From assembly GCA_000165425.1 (NCBI GenBank), contig CT868352.1, positions 62,001 through 126,000 of the forward strand: a DNA stretch of 64,000 nucleotides, in the 5' to 3' direction. The DNA is from Paramecium tetraurelia. Lineage: Eukaryota. A program made the translations under genes and the position numbers. This document shows positions 13,215-27,284 of this stretch, in pieces. Under the pieces are notes generated by a model. It saw only the letters and a program-made list of their open reading frames with translations. It had not been told where the DNA came from and searched no databases. Each line of letters opens with the position of its first letter. The first letter of the stretch is position 1.

Positions 13215-15214
13215 TCATACATTCAATTTCTTAATTAATAACTTTAACATTATCACTGCCAAAATATGAAAAGCTAGAGCAATTCCAAATAATACAATAA
13301 TACTATTCCATAATCCGAAGTCCCTTCCATAATATTACATAGGACTAATCATTTGAATAGAAGTGGAATCTTCTTGCTTAATAATTGCTTTGAATTCTAC
13401 GTCTTCAAGTTGAGTTCTTCCAAATGCCTCCAAGAAATATTTGAATGGCTTAAATATTGATTAAAACAAATACTGAAACATATTAGAACCAGCCTATCCA
13501 TTTAGGAATTGATTTCAAATTCACTAATTAACCACCAAATAGTTGAATTGGCAACATAATCACAGGTCCCAATTAAGCAGCTCTCTTAGGATCAGAAAAT
13601 AGACAACCTGTGAAGCTTAACAACTTATTATATTAAATACATTCCTATTCCATTTCCACTTAATGATACGGCTATAGTTATCAGTATAAATTGGATCAAC
13701 TTTGCAATCTCCCAAATGAATCCAAATGCCCAATATAAAATCAAAGCCAACACTATAGAAATTGAGATATTCGATGGAATTTCTACAATTATCTTGGCTA
13801 TAAAATAGGGGAATATTTTATATAATTTTGTATTTTCTTCCTTCAAAAAGATATCTCTTTCAACAGGAACTACAATTAATCATCAAGTTACATAACATCA
13901 TCATAGGGTTTAAGGCTGAAAAGAATGCACCTGTTCCTCCCATAAAACATGCTCCATTCATGTTCTATAAAAATTTAGTAACTTCCGAGTAACTACTTAA
14001 GTCTGGTGATTGATTAGGCATTTCATGACCGACATTCCAATAAAGACTCCCAATAAATATTGACATAATAAAAGCCGATATTATCTTTGCTCTTAGTAGA
14101 GTGGGTGATCTCCAAAAATTAGTTTTTGCTCTCCAAAACAACATTTTAAACTCCAACCCAAAACTAGATTAAGTTCTTCTTTTGATAATTCCATTTTACT
14201 GAGTAGTATAACTAGTCACAGCTAATTCCAAATATTTTTAATAATTCTGATATGTAACCAATTATTATTAATTATTGTATATGGGATTTAAATTATTCAT
14301 GATAGTATCCAAGGGATTTGAATAAGCCATTACTTTCAATCCTATCTACTCACAGTATCCAATTAATTAGTCAGCATTCCCTTAATAAACATTTTAACCA
14401 TTATTCATAATTATCACTCGATTAAAAAGTGAGGAGATATCAAAACTTGGTTGATGTATTGTAAATAGAATGGTCCTTTGTAATTTTAAAGCAATTTTCT
14501 TCAAGATATTCATACAAATAAAAGCTGTGTAGGAGTCTAATCCTGATGTTGGTTCATCTAAAATGATAACTGGAGGATCACTCACTAATTCAACTCCTAT
14601 TGCTGTTCTTTTCTTTTCTCCTCCAGAAATTCCTTTTAGCATTCTGTCCCCTACATAGGTATCTTAACAACGATGTAAATTAAGATCTTTGATAAGCTCA
14701 TTTACTCTATGTATCTTATCCAATTGTGACCCTTTCAATCTCAATGAGGCTGAAAATAATAATGTTTCTTTGACTGTAAGTGTTGCCATCAATAAATCAT
14801 CCTGCATCACAAAAGCTCCGAAATCGGTAAACTTAACATATTCTTCATTGTTTGCCAAAAATGTTCCACTAACAGTGATGTTATTGTTTCCTTTATATCT
14901 TTAACTCAATAAAGCAACTAATGTTGTCTTTCCTGCTCCTGATGGACCAAGAATCGCAGTCAATTACCCTCTCAAAGCATACCCGGTAACGTTCTACAAA
15001 ATGTACTTTTTATTTGAGTCTTTATCAAGAAGATACTCAGATTCTCCAACATGAGTTTTTTTCTTAATTTCTTAACTCTATAGGATAAACACGTATTTTA
15101 TACCAATGTCACAGTTACATTATTCCATTTTAAATCTATCACTTATGTATTGGAAACATTTTGAGATCTTACAGGAAGGCTTACTTAGCATTCTTTTTAA
15201 TTGTTAACTTTCAT
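13215..15214 (-). CDS. ABCG (White-family) half transporter
   Basis: Walker A GPSGAGKTT, FVMQDD, ISGGEKKRTAIGVEL, ILDEPTSGLDS, TIHQPS, then an ABC-2 TM domain. Several tiny introns. Confidence 0.95.
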
Positions 15215-16518
15215 ATGTTTAAACTTAAATTTAAATATTACATCTCAAATATATTGCCATTCTATAAAAGTTTAAAAATATAGAATGCGATAAATCTAAT
15301 CCGCAATATCTCTTTAAAAATTTGAGACTTTGAAATACTGAGGAGTTTTTTAAAGTGCATTTAAAATATTAACTATCCACTTTGCTAAAACATATTTCAT
15401 ATAAGATTTACAGATTCTATTAAAACATTATATATATTTTGAAATCCACTAATAATTTATTACAAGAATTTTACACTTAATTTTGTTTTATTAACAATAT
15501 TTTCTAAAATGATAAAGACCTCAAAAAGCATAACTTTGATGCTTTAAAACTGATTTGATTACTTAGCAAATTAGAAAACTTATAACAATAATCTATGCTT
15601 TTACATATTTAATAACGAGAATGCAGTTTGAATTTTGAATTATGAATTTTGATAAGAGAGATGAAGGATTTTTGATTCTCTGAAAGATAATAACTTTTCA
15701 ATACTTCTATTGTAAATATCGTATTCAGATTAAATTCATTTATTGATCTCTGATAAAATATTATTGAATAATGAGTATAAAAAAGAGGATGGATTATTAC
15801 AGTAATATTCATCTTGGATCAGAGTAAATTAATGTGAGAGGAGGATAAGTATTATAAATGTATTGGATTCATTTGATAAGGTTAAATAAGGGAATGTTCA
15901 GTTAATTTAAAATGCATCAAATAGATTAGAAATTTATAGAGATGGCTTCATAATGTTTAAGGCTTTTGTAATTCTTTGAATTTAGTAATTTAGTAATATT
16001 TCAACTACGAATGTCTAATTTACTCAAAATTCATCATCCTCCTTTGCCTGAATGATAGTAATGATAAATCATCATTTAATTGATAAAATCTAATGAAAAG
16101 TAAATATAGTGATTAGATTTCTTACACTGTTTATATCAATTGAATGCTATAAAAATATATTGCTTTTTAAATAGAACATAACTGAATTACAAAGCAGAGC
16201 AAAAGATATTTTGATTAAAATATCATTTGTAAAGAAATTTGGATAGTTGTAAGTTAAGTGTAAATCAAAGATCGTAAGTATTATTACTGTAAAAAAATAA
16301 AAGAAATTCTAATTTTGTATCATACGTGAAGAGATTTATAAATGCAGAGTTTTGAATCCTTTAAGGGATGAATAATAAAATTAATAAGAGAAATGCTTAA
16401 ATCATAATTTTGATTTATTGGGTTGATATCTTTGAAACGAGGTTTGATATGGAAACTAAAAGATATGTTCATTATATTGGATTGTGATTGATATTTATTG
16501 TCTTAATATAAAACAAAT

Positions 16519-16528
16519 AAAAACGGAT
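16519..16528 (+). promoter_or_regulatory. AAAAACGGAT motif upstream of a T2-like TMP gene
   Basis: 25 nt before the ATG at 16554. The same core occurs upstream of all five TMP genes. Confidence 0.55.
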
Positions 16529-16553
16529 TCCAATAATATATTTAATATTGATA

Positions 16554-17820
16554 ATGAAGTTTTCAATCGTACTTCCAATCCTTCTTGTTCTTGGCTGTTA
16601 TGCTGCAGATTTTGATTAATAAGTAGAGGAGTTATAGAACTCCAACTTTGGTTAAACAATATTACAAACCATTTTGATGGAATTGTAAACAGGCGATCCT
16701 GTAGTCTCTAATCTAATTGACATGGTTTAAGGTTTAGAAACAACACTTGAAAATGAATAAGAAAGAGATGATAAAAGAATCGCAAGAATTTCATAAAATT
16801 GTGACATTGATATAAATACTTTAAAAGATCAAATAAATTAGAATACTGTCAATTCTTTAACACTTAAAAGTGAATTAGACAGTTTGAATCCTTAGAAAGT
16901 TTCAGCAGTAGCAAGTCTAGAAAGAAAAAATAGCGAAATTAATGATTTGAAGGCAGAACTTAACTACTAAACTCACAAAAGAGAGACCGAAACCATTACT
17001 TACTAAGTAATCTTAGATAATTTGGAATAAGCACTATTCGGTGTGAACTAAGTCAAAGGATATTTCAATAGTTATTTAGATGTACTTGTCAAAAATAGAA
17101 AAAGATTTGAAAAACCTGAACCATCTTTCTTGTAAGAGACATACAGTTTCAAATATGATTAATCTGAAGTTGATGATGCTGAGGATTAAGGCTAATAATT
17201 TACATCATTCACTTAAGTAGCCGCTAAAGTCAATAAATTAAAGCATCATGTTAATTACAACATTATTCTAGGTACATTTAGAAGGCTACAGAGCCATGCT
17301 TGAAATGATGAGTCGTTTAGCTGCCAAAGCACAAGATGAACCATCATAAGCAGAAGTTTTGACTAGAAAAGTCTTGTCTATCTTAAAATAAATAGAAAAT
17401 TATATTTAATCCGAAAGAATTAGAGAAGATCAAGCAGAAGCACTTAGATCTGGTAATTTTGAATTACTTTAAACATTATTATCAGATTAATTAGTAAAAG
17501 CAAGCTAAGACAGAACCTATATGGAAGGTTAAATCTAATAATATAATTGTAGGACTTGTCGAGTCATTATCCACTAGAATTTAATAGGCATCAAATGAAA
17601 AATTTGAGGTTGATTCAAGAATTGTTGCTAAAACTAGGGAATTGGAAAATAGAGAAACTGATTGTAGGCTTAAGAAGAATGAATATGACACTGACACAGC
17701 CAATAGGTAAATTCATATAAAAACACTTTTAGAATTAAATAAAAGAGGGCTGTTGCAGTTGCAGTTGATCTAATCTCATCAAAGTTAGGACAACTTAAGA
17801 GAAAATTGCTTGCTAATTGA
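16554..17820 (+). CDS. Trichocyst matrix protein precursor, divergent T2-like
   Basis: Signal MKFSIVLPILLVLGCYA, then FGQTILQTILMELQTGDPVV (T2-type processing-site region FG.T..TI..ELQTGDP), acidic helical repeats with Cys, and HLEGYRAMLEMMSRLAAKAQ. Tiny introns. Confidence 0.8.
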
Positions 17821-18082
17821 GTTAATTATGATAGCAATTAATAACAGATAATTTATAAATTAATTTATATCACATCTTTTTGTGATTTCATCTATTTTTT
17901 AATGATCACTCTTTTATAGAGTTGTATACTCAATAATTTAGTAATTATAAAGTCGCCTTTCTATAATATAAATAGAATAATAATAAAATAAAAGAAATTA
18001 GAACCTTATTATTATTAAAATTGAATAATTATTTATAAAATAACTTTCAAATAAGAAAAAAAAATAACCATTCTCAATAAAA

Positions 18083-21011
18083 TCAAACAGGCCTATCAAA
18101 AGTAGTAGGATCCTTTAGCCAGGTGATAAATTTACTAAAAAAGTCAGATTATTTTTTAAAATTTTAGCTTAGTTTACTAATATCTGGGGGTTGTTTTTAA
18201 ATGAGTCCGAAATTGTATTAAAATTCTAACTATTAACATAATTATATTTCTTACAATTTATATAAATTGATTGATCATTTATTAGCATTGATTATACGAC
18301 TCTTTGATGATCTTTTTGTCAGATTTCAGTAACGTTGTTTCTAAAATTTTATTTAGATAATTGCCCTCTACATTAATGATTTCATCAACTGATTTTGCAT
18401 TTGTTAATTGCTATTTAAAATCGTTCCAAGTTGATTCTAAAACATCATAAAATATATAGTTTTAGTAGATATCAATAAAAGTTTACATTTAATAACGTAG
18501 CATTCCATAACTATTTGCTATTTTAGGATCCTTAATATATTATATATACTTCCAATTTCTCCTTAGATTGTGTGAACAATATCTTAATTTAATAATTTAA
18601 TCAAAGAAGATTAGTATTTATTAGAGTATAGAATTTGTAAAGCAGGCTTTGAGCAATTAAGCCTTTGACTCTATCTTTATTTAAAGTTAATCAGATATTT
18701 AGCATTCATAAAATCCTTGTCTTTCTCTTGCAAGCTTGCTTTTGCTTTTCAATTTTGGGAAAATATCTATTTCTGTCAATTTATTTGGAATAAAATTATT
18801 TTCATTATCTATTAATTAGAATATGTTCTAATCAACAAAATCTCCATCACTTGTAAAATAGTACTTTTTGATATTATTCCATAATTACAAAAAGTTCAAT
18901 TACTCAAATAATAAAAAATGAATAGACTTATTCACTAACTGATTATGTAGTCTAGCATGCATCCCAATACAAACTTCTAATTATAATTAAAATGAATATT
19001 AGCAATTATCTAGTAATTCTTCTTCAAACTTTTCTTACTAATTTTCTACTTTTATTTAAGGATTTTTCTCAGATTCATTCTACTTCTCAATTTACTCTTC
19101 CATAATATGATTATCTTCAATTTATTCTTATAAGCCATCTGTTAATAACTCTTCTTGATTTTGCATTTTCGGAGTTTCTTCAAGTAGAGTATCTACTGCT
19201 TTCTTTGTGATTAATTAAATAGGAGTAGGATTAAGTTCAACTGAAATTTCGTTATTCTTTTTTGCATCTTGTATATTAATACCTAAATCTGCTAATTACA
19301 TCAACAATTATTCTTTTTCTTTTTGTAGCTTTTTCTTTTCATTTAGCTCTTGTTCTAATTGAAGATTCCTTTCTTCTTAATTTTCAATTAATTTATTATA
19401 TTTTCTATTGATTCTATTGACTTCAATCTAAACTAACAATTCATTTTTTTGATGTTTTTAAGATGCTTATTTTGCTTATTGAGATTCAAGGTATTTCTAT
19501 TATTAGATCCTCACTTACATTTGTATTCTCTAAAATTCTATCTTTCTTCTAACTTGTTCTTATTTTTCTTTTTCAGTAACAAATATTTGAAATTTTCTAA
19601 TAATTTCTTTTAGACTTTATTCTTTTGATTTATAAATGGTTTGAATATATTGATTCTTTTATTTAAGATTTTATTACAAATACAATTCAGATATTTAACA
19701 AATTGTTAAAATTTCTTCAACATGTTATACTTTTAATACTTTTAACTAAGTAATTAAAGCAAGACTTTAAACTGTATTTGCGTATGTTGATGAAAATTAT
19801 GGAGGAAAATGTTAAGGTATTTGTAAATCTACATCTTGGCTGTTAATGCCTTTGGCAAAGATATCTAATTGAAAATTATTTAATTCATAAAATGCTTTGA
19901 CTAAAAATTCATCTCTCTAATTTATCTGTATTATTCTTTCATAAAGTGCCCTATTGACTTAACTACAATCATCAGCTGTAAAGATATCAAAAATAGTTTT
20001 AATTTGCTTATTCAAATGTTTAATGTAAATTTAGAAATGCAAAATTGTCATTTCTTCATCTAAAATAGTAATCTGAAGTATTTTTTATTCAATTTCATCA
20101 ACAAATGATTATAAAATTGTATTTATTTTACTTCTCAATATTGTATTAGAAGGTGTTAATAGATAAAATCTCAATCTTTGAATATAGTTGGCAAGTTCTA
20201 TGAATTTTTAAGTTATTTATTATAAGCTAGTCATATCTTCTACATAAATTGTTTATTACTAGATGTAAGACAATTGATCAATGTCAAAAACAAAATATTC
20301 ATTTTAAAAACCCTAGATATGTGTAATTAAATACTAATAACATTTAGATTACAAATTATATGTATTATTTCTATGTTATAATAACCAATCCCTAAGACTT
20401 CAATTAGGAGATGCAATCGAATTTCTACTTAATTTAAATAGGTTATAACTCAACTGCTTGACTATTCATTGAATCGTCACCTACATTTTAGATATACATA
20501 CATAAATCTTCCCAATATTTTGGCCTTTTTACATTTGTACCTTATAAAAGTTCAAAAAAGCTCAATTCTTTTGAAGTACTTGCTTCACTTTCTTGAGTCT
20601 ATTATGGAGTTGGTATCAATTTCGACTCTGCTAATGGTCTATGAGTCAAAAATGATGAAATAGACATATGCTCACTCAATCTTGGAATTTCAAAGTTTAA
20701 GTCAAATGGCTTATTTGATGGTTATAAATGTGTCATGGATCCCAATAAATTTTATTGCTCTTATGGTTTGTTCAACTAAAAGACCTCTGGAACCTCAGAT
20801 TTTGAATCCCAAGAAAAAGTTTGATAAGGATGGAATTGTTCACAAGAGATTGATTACATGAAGTGACCGCCTTTTTTTATAGTTTCTTCGTAATTCAAAA
20901 ACCCACTCTTAATATGTCTCTTTTTTTCTGCTTTAATGAGTTACTCAATAACTTACTTGGTATGAGCTATTGTAAATCATCTACTTCCACCATCGTATTT
21001 ATAGATAACAT
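18083..21011 (-). CDS. GCP6: Gamma-tubulin complex component, GCP6-like (Spc97/Spc98 family)
   Basis: GRIP1-like YLITHIQGFQNEYFVFD, a central coiled-coil insert, and GRIP2 signature LHNQLVNKSIHFLLFEQLNFLQLWNNIKKYYFTSDGDFVD plus MQTFIDIYQNYIFYDVLESTW. Confidence 0.75.
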
Positions 21012-21031
21012 GCAATTTAAAATAATATAAA

Positions 21032-22500
21032 TCAAAAAGTTGAGAAATTGTCGGCTTGACCAATTCTCCATTTCTTTGGCAAATACCATTACTTTAAGGA
21101 TTCATCATCACTACCGGTCAGGAGAAATGACTTATTTTCATTCCAAACAATCTTGTTTACTTTTTTAGAATGAGCCTTAAATACATCTAATTAGCATATT
21201 AAACTTACAAAATGGTTATAAATCTTATACATGCCAAATTGATATCGTACCATCCTCATTCCCTATGAATATCTCTCCCCTTTTCTTAGACCATTCAAAG
21301 CATAAGCTCTAAATTTATGTATTTTATATACCTTATTTTTTATTTCAATATTTGTCTTTATTTATGCATACCCATTTTAAAGTCCTTTAGCAAAATCGAA
21401 AATGATGATATGACTAGGTTCATGATTCAAAGCCATTAAATAATTACGTTCATTATCTATTAATAGCTAAATAATTTGAGTAGACTGTGTTGAAACCTTG
21501 AGTCCTATTTTTACAAAAGGCACTTAGCATAAATAGATTTCTCCTACATTGTTAGCAATTACGACAAGATTCCTGGTGGAATTATAAATGATATTAGTTA
21601 ATTCCTATGAACCAATTGGAATTTCTTATTATTCCTATATTTTCTTAGTATTTTGTATTTTCAACAAATTATTTGTTATTGCATATATCTCTCTTTAAAT
21701 TAATACACACCCAGAAATTTTAGATTAAGCCAGCTAAAATTGCTCTTCCATATCAATTGCATACTTTTCATCTAATCTGTAATAATATACTAATCCTGAT
21801 GAAAGTCTATAAAATAAAAATTATCGTTGTACCCAACAGCAAATGCGTTTTCTGTATTATTAAAACTCATACAAGTTAATGCCTTTAAGTATTCCTTACT
21901 AAATATTTTTTGTTTAAAATCATTCTGACTAAAGCAAATCAATGTACTTATAGGAGATTGTTTTTTCGATTCCAAAATATTATTTATATAAGTATCTATT
22001 CTAGCCATCCTACTAGAGTCATATAACAATAATAGAGTAATGTTATCATTCTCATGTATGTCCTTCAAACTCATATTTAGAATCCTATGTTATACTTGAG
22101 CTGGATGTAAGAATTCGTCATATTGATCAAGCTGTTTAGTACAAATATATTACTATTAAAAAGTCTCTTAATATAGCTGAGTTTAAGATTTCTCTTCTGC
22201 TCAATAGTTAATTTAGATAATCATCTAATTATTGCATTCTGAACTCAATTTCACTTCTATTCAGATGAAATAACTATTTTTTTGGAAATTATGGTAGATT
22301 ATTAAATAATTCTTGTAATCTGTTATGGATCTCTTCAACTTCCGAATATCTGTAATTGAAGAATATTTATTATACCTTTTTAATATTTGCCATTTCTTTT
22401 GATTAGTGCATTCTACAGCTATAACATACCTTGTGATAGATCTTTCTGAAGTGTAAGAAGTAACCGATATTTTGATTTACGTACTATTATTTGTTGACAT
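21032..22500 (-). CDS. PX domain + WD40 repeat protein
   Basis: WQILKR|YSEVEEIHNRL..LPQFPKK...RMQQLDDYLNQL (PX), and C-terminal WD repeats such as KAHSKKVNKIVW...LLTGSDDESLKQW. Confidence 0.85.
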
Positions 22501-23393
22501 CTTATTTACAAGCAATAATAAATTTTGTAATAAATTTATATGTGAATTAAAATAATTGATATCTTACCTCTAAATTTAGATTATAGTTCAACCATATTAT
22601 TTCTCCCTTTAATGAAGTAGGAATTCTTACATAATAGACTATTTTGAGATTTTTATCCATTGATTGCCTGAAATGCTTTGTGTCAATAATAATTTATAAT
22701 ATTAAGTGAAGAATTGAAAATTATCATAAAAAATATATGAAACATTTTATATCATAAATATACATAGCATTAGTATTTAACAAAATTTGGATAAATTTTA
22801 CATTGAGTCTTAATTAAAAATTAAAATAATTTATAGAATTATATAAAGATGCGATTCTTATTAAATAAATTCTAAACTTAATCCTTAAAGAATAATGTTG
22901 AAGATTTATAAGTATTTAAAATTACAATAAAGGTTCTTCACAGTTTTTGCTTCTTAAAAATCTATAGTGACTTGTGGCCTATGGTTTTGCTAAAAAAAAA
23001 TAATTAAATTGCATTTTAGTATTATACTAATAGAATTCTAGTTTTAGTTAACATCAATATTCAGATTTAAGTTAGTAAAATATTGATCTCGCTATCAATT
23101 CAATAGATTGTGTGGTTAAATGTTTAAATTATCCAAGCAAAAATTTAAGAAGATTTGGAAATAAGTATTACATTATTTACTTTTTTTACTATATCTCATT
23201 TCTTAAGTTAACCATTTAAATTATTTATAGATTTTATTTATAGTTTTAATCATTCAGTAATTTTTCTTTTATTTTTTTGTATGTGACCCCAAAATCCAAA
23301 TGTTTAACAACCTTTAGAAAGGGAAGACGAATAATAATATTTGAATTATAATGAATTGATGATTATAATTTATTTCAAAATATTAATTAAAAT

Positions 23394-24497
23394 ATGAGAT
23401 AATAAACTAGTTCTTTCATTTAATTGCTTTGCAAATGTCTCAAATTTAGAAAAACTAAAACTTAAAGTTATGAATAGATTAAGAATCCGATTGAAATTCC
23501 ACAATAAACTGAAAGATCTAAAGTACTTTTGTGATTAGATTAGGGGAGAAAAACTTTAGTTATTGATTTGGATGAAACTTTGGTTCACAGTTCGTTTGAA
23601 CCGATGAAAATAAATGATTTGATTGTCGAAGTATGTATTAAATTAAGGAGGTTACAATGAAAGATTAGAAATATAAAATTTATGTTAACATAAGACCAGG
23701 GGCTCAAGAATTTATAAAAGAAACCTCGAAATTATTTGAACTGATAATATTTACTGCTAGCATCAGTGAATATGCGAATTCTGTCATCGATTTTATAGAT
23801 CCTCATGGTTTAGTTGATTTAAGATTGTTTAGAGAAAACTGCACAGTATATAATGGTGTACTTGTAAAGGATCTTTCTTTATTAAAAAGAAATTTAGATT
23901 CTGTCATCCTAATTGATGTATATTAAATGTTAAAATAACTATAGAACTCAGTCAATTCTTTCATGTTTTAACCTATGAACGCTATCCATATTTTAAACTA
24001 TTTTGAAGATAAAACAGATTAGGAATTAATTCTTTTGATTCCTTTTTTGAAACTTATATCTCAAGTATCAGAATTATCCTAATTTGTAGTTTTAAGATGT
24101 AAGACCAGTGCATGAATGGTTATTTAAGTATGCTCACTTTGATAAATTTGAATATGTTGACATTATGGGATCCAAGTAATAATTCTATGACTTGCCCACA
24201 AGTTCGGACACTTAAAGAGATAAATTGTTATCTCCAGCAGAGACTCCAAAATTAGAAGAACATAAAATATTGATCAAGAGTGGTAATTAAATATAAAAGG
24301 AAGAAAAAAATAAGGAAGATGAGATAAATGATGAGTTAGAAGATAAAAAAAATGATTCAATATCAGTAGAAAAATTTACAGAAACTCCTAATAGAAGTGA
24401 AAACAATAACGAAAAAATATCAGTACTTAGAGAGAATTTAAATATTAATTCCCCTAATTCAGTGGGTAAATAAATGTTGTTCCCATAACACTAATGA
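23394..24497 (+). CDS. FCP1/SCP-like (NIF) HAD-family CTD small phosphatase
   Basis: KTLVIDLDETLVHS, YVNIRPG, IFTAS..YANSVID, RLFRENC, VKDLSLL.RNLDSVILID|NS. Four tiny introns. Confidence 0.93.
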
Positions 24498-24938
24498 AAT
24501 ATTTAATGATATATTTACAATTGATTGTGATAAATCTATTTTAAACTAAACAAAATTTATAATGTATCATAGTGTGTAAAAATCCTTTTGTCTATCGAAT
24601 GACTAATAATCTCAGAAATTGTAACATCAAATAATAAATAATAGTTTTTTTAAAATATTTATGAAATTTAATTTATATTGTGCTATAAAAGTCATATTGC
24701 TATAAATATTTAGCATGCATAGTAAAATTAAATAATAATTAATTATCCAAAAAATCAATTAAAAAAAAGTAAAGACAATCTTATTTTAAAAATTATAGAG
24801 TTGAAAAATAATAAGGTTTACAAAATTTAAAAAAGAACCTTGAGAATTGATATTTCCTTTAATATTTCTTAATATTAATTTATAGCCTTATTATTATTTC
24901 AATAAATTATTTATCTCACCCTTTACGATTATATACAT

Positions 24939-25614
24939 TCAGATACAACATGAGTTTAAAGTATTTTAACTCGATTTTATGGACAAAGAGGATTTTGATT
25001 AAGGGTTTTCAACCTGAATTTCATTCATCATTAATATTTGATATATATCTAAAATGCGATTAGATACATATACTTGAGACCATTTCTTTTAAAATGTCTT
25101 CAATTTTCTCTCCACTTGCTGCACTACATTCCTCAAAAAGTAATTAATTTACTTAAGCGAAACTTTAACCAGATGACCTATTTACTTCTCTAAGATATTG
25201 CATATCAATTTTATTCCCAACTAAATACAAGACGCAATATTAATCTAAATATTGTTTGCACATTTTAAGCCAAGTCTAGAGTTTATTTAAAATTTTTACT
25301 TATATTTGATCAAAGCTGTCCTTTTTTGTAATATCATAAAGTAAAAACACTCCAGCAGCATTTTTAAAATATCCTGATGTCATACTTAAGAACTTTTCTT
25401 ATCCGGCAGTATCCCATAATTATAATCGAAATAAATGAGATTCGACTATTACATCTCTAACTCCAAATTCAATTCCTATTGTTGAGTGTGATTCTATATC
25501 AAATTAATTTCTGCAAATCTTTGAGATAAAATTAGTTTTTCCTGTCCCACAAGAGCCTAGTAAAATAATTTTTATTTAATAATCCCATTTTTTATCTTAA
25601 TTTTCATTATTCAT
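24939..25614 (-). CDS. Rab GTPase (divergent, Rab11/Rab2/Rab4 clade-like)
   Basis: GSCGTGKT, STIGIEF, LWDTAGQEKF, VGNKID, ECSA and C-terminal SCCI*. Two introns. Confidence 0.92.
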
Positions 25615-25756
25615 TTTTATTTCTCAAACTCAAATATATTTATTTGATTGAAATAATGATTAAAATTAAAGAAAACCTTGAAGTCTAGTATCGATTAGAT
25701 TTAAACTCAGAATTTAAAATTGATTAATGTATTATTGTATATTGTATATGTGATTT

Positions 25757-26190
25757 TCAAGCTCTGTTGGGATAAAGGAACACTCTGAGGGTTGATCCAA
25801 TAGCTCTTGGAGGAAGATTTCTACCAAAACGAGCAGTAACAACTCCATTGCTTCCGTGAGATTTGCTAATACGTCCCCAAATTGCCTGAATGAAAATAAT
25901 TCATACTCTGAATTTAGTGTTATTCTTTAATGAATGAGCCTTGTAAATGTATGCAACTCTTTTTCCCCAATAGAATCTGCTTGAAGCAACATCATTAACA
26001 TGTTCAATTTTGAGTAATGCTTAGTTTTCATTCTATTAAACCTTTGATCTTCTAAAACCTGTAAATACAGCCTTAACCCAAAGTCTAATTTAAATGCTAA
26101 ATTCTACCTAACTGGTGCACTTTTGTTTGTGGTTTTAACCTTTTTGACTGTTTTAGTTGCTCCCTTCTATTATTCAGCCTATCCCTTCAT
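25757..26190 (-). CDS. RPL35A: 60S ribosomal protein L35a (eL33)
   Basis: PVR|LWVKAVFTGFRRSK..ALLKIE..FYWGKRVAYIYK..R|AIWGRISKSHGSNGVVTARFGRNLPPRAIGSTLRVFLYPNRA*. Confidence 0.97.
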
Positions 26191-26231
26191 TAATTAAAAT
26201 CTTTGTTATTTTTTTATTTAAAAATTAAAAC

Positions 26232-26243
26232 AATTGCACTCAT
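26232..26243 (-). promoter_or_regulatory. TGCA-core motif (ATGAGTGCAATT on the gene strand) upstream of RPL35A
   Basis: About 42 nt before the start. RPS19 has ATGAGT..TTGCAA at a similar distance. Confidence 0.4.
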
Positions 26244-27284
26244 TTTTATATGATGAACATGATCATTTTATATCCCAATCAATTTAATAAAACCATTTTT
26301 GCCTCAAATGTAGAACTAACAATTTATTATTGATTTTACACATTCATTTATGTAAATTATGCTTATGATATACTCATAGTTACTGTTATTTGATATTTAA
26401 ATAGAATATATGGGAATTATATTTAATCATAAATCCTTAATCTTTATTGAAAAGTCAAATAATATTATATGATCTGAATTAATCCTTAAGGAAATGCTTT
26501 ACGTATAAAATTATAACTTCTAATTTCTATTTTTGTCTATAAATTTTAATCATAAATTGTTCCTTCTACATATCAGAATTGGAAGTGATTATCAATTGTT
26601 TATTGTTAATTATATTCATTGAAAGATGATTTTTGAGCATGTAAGTTTAAATTTTATTCTATTTTCCAATCAAATAAAAGTGTTTAATTTTGAAAATAAC
26701 ATATATTTTAGGAAATATTGTAGCATCTCACTTGATCCTATATTTTAGATTACCTTATGAATTTAACCTTATATTATTTTAAGATACAATATTATTTTTC
26801 TTCCTTTAAATTTGATATCAAGTTAATTTATGATCATAGTAAAATTGAATAAATTTTTCATTAAATTTAATCAAATTAGTTGTTATTTATATAATTTACT
26901 TTTGTTGAATCCCTATTATAATGTAAGTACCATTCTTGCTCATTTTAAAGTTACTTTTAGAGAGCATTATTTCAAATTTTGCTATAAACTATTCCACTTA
27001 GTTTTATAATTGAATTTATTCATTTATTTAATTGTTTTATTTCTCTGTATCTAAAATTTGTTTAGTTTTATCTCTTACAATTCATCTTATAAACACTAAA
27101 TCATTCTATTTTTATCTTATTTAATGATTTGCCTTATTACGACAACCCTACTTATCTTTATAGTAATATAGGAGTTAAGAGTTGTTAGGATATGGATTTG
27201 TTTGAAGTATTTGATGAAAAATAAAATAAAAAAAAGGAAATTGATAGAATGGTGATAACTTTTGATTGATGTTATTTTAATAGA

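Noticed and set aside
15215..16500. Retained IES or transposon in long AT-rich spacers
   Set aside because: No interrupted gene, terminal inverted repeat or transposase motif was seen. TA-bounded IES ends cannot be called without a germline/somatic comparison.
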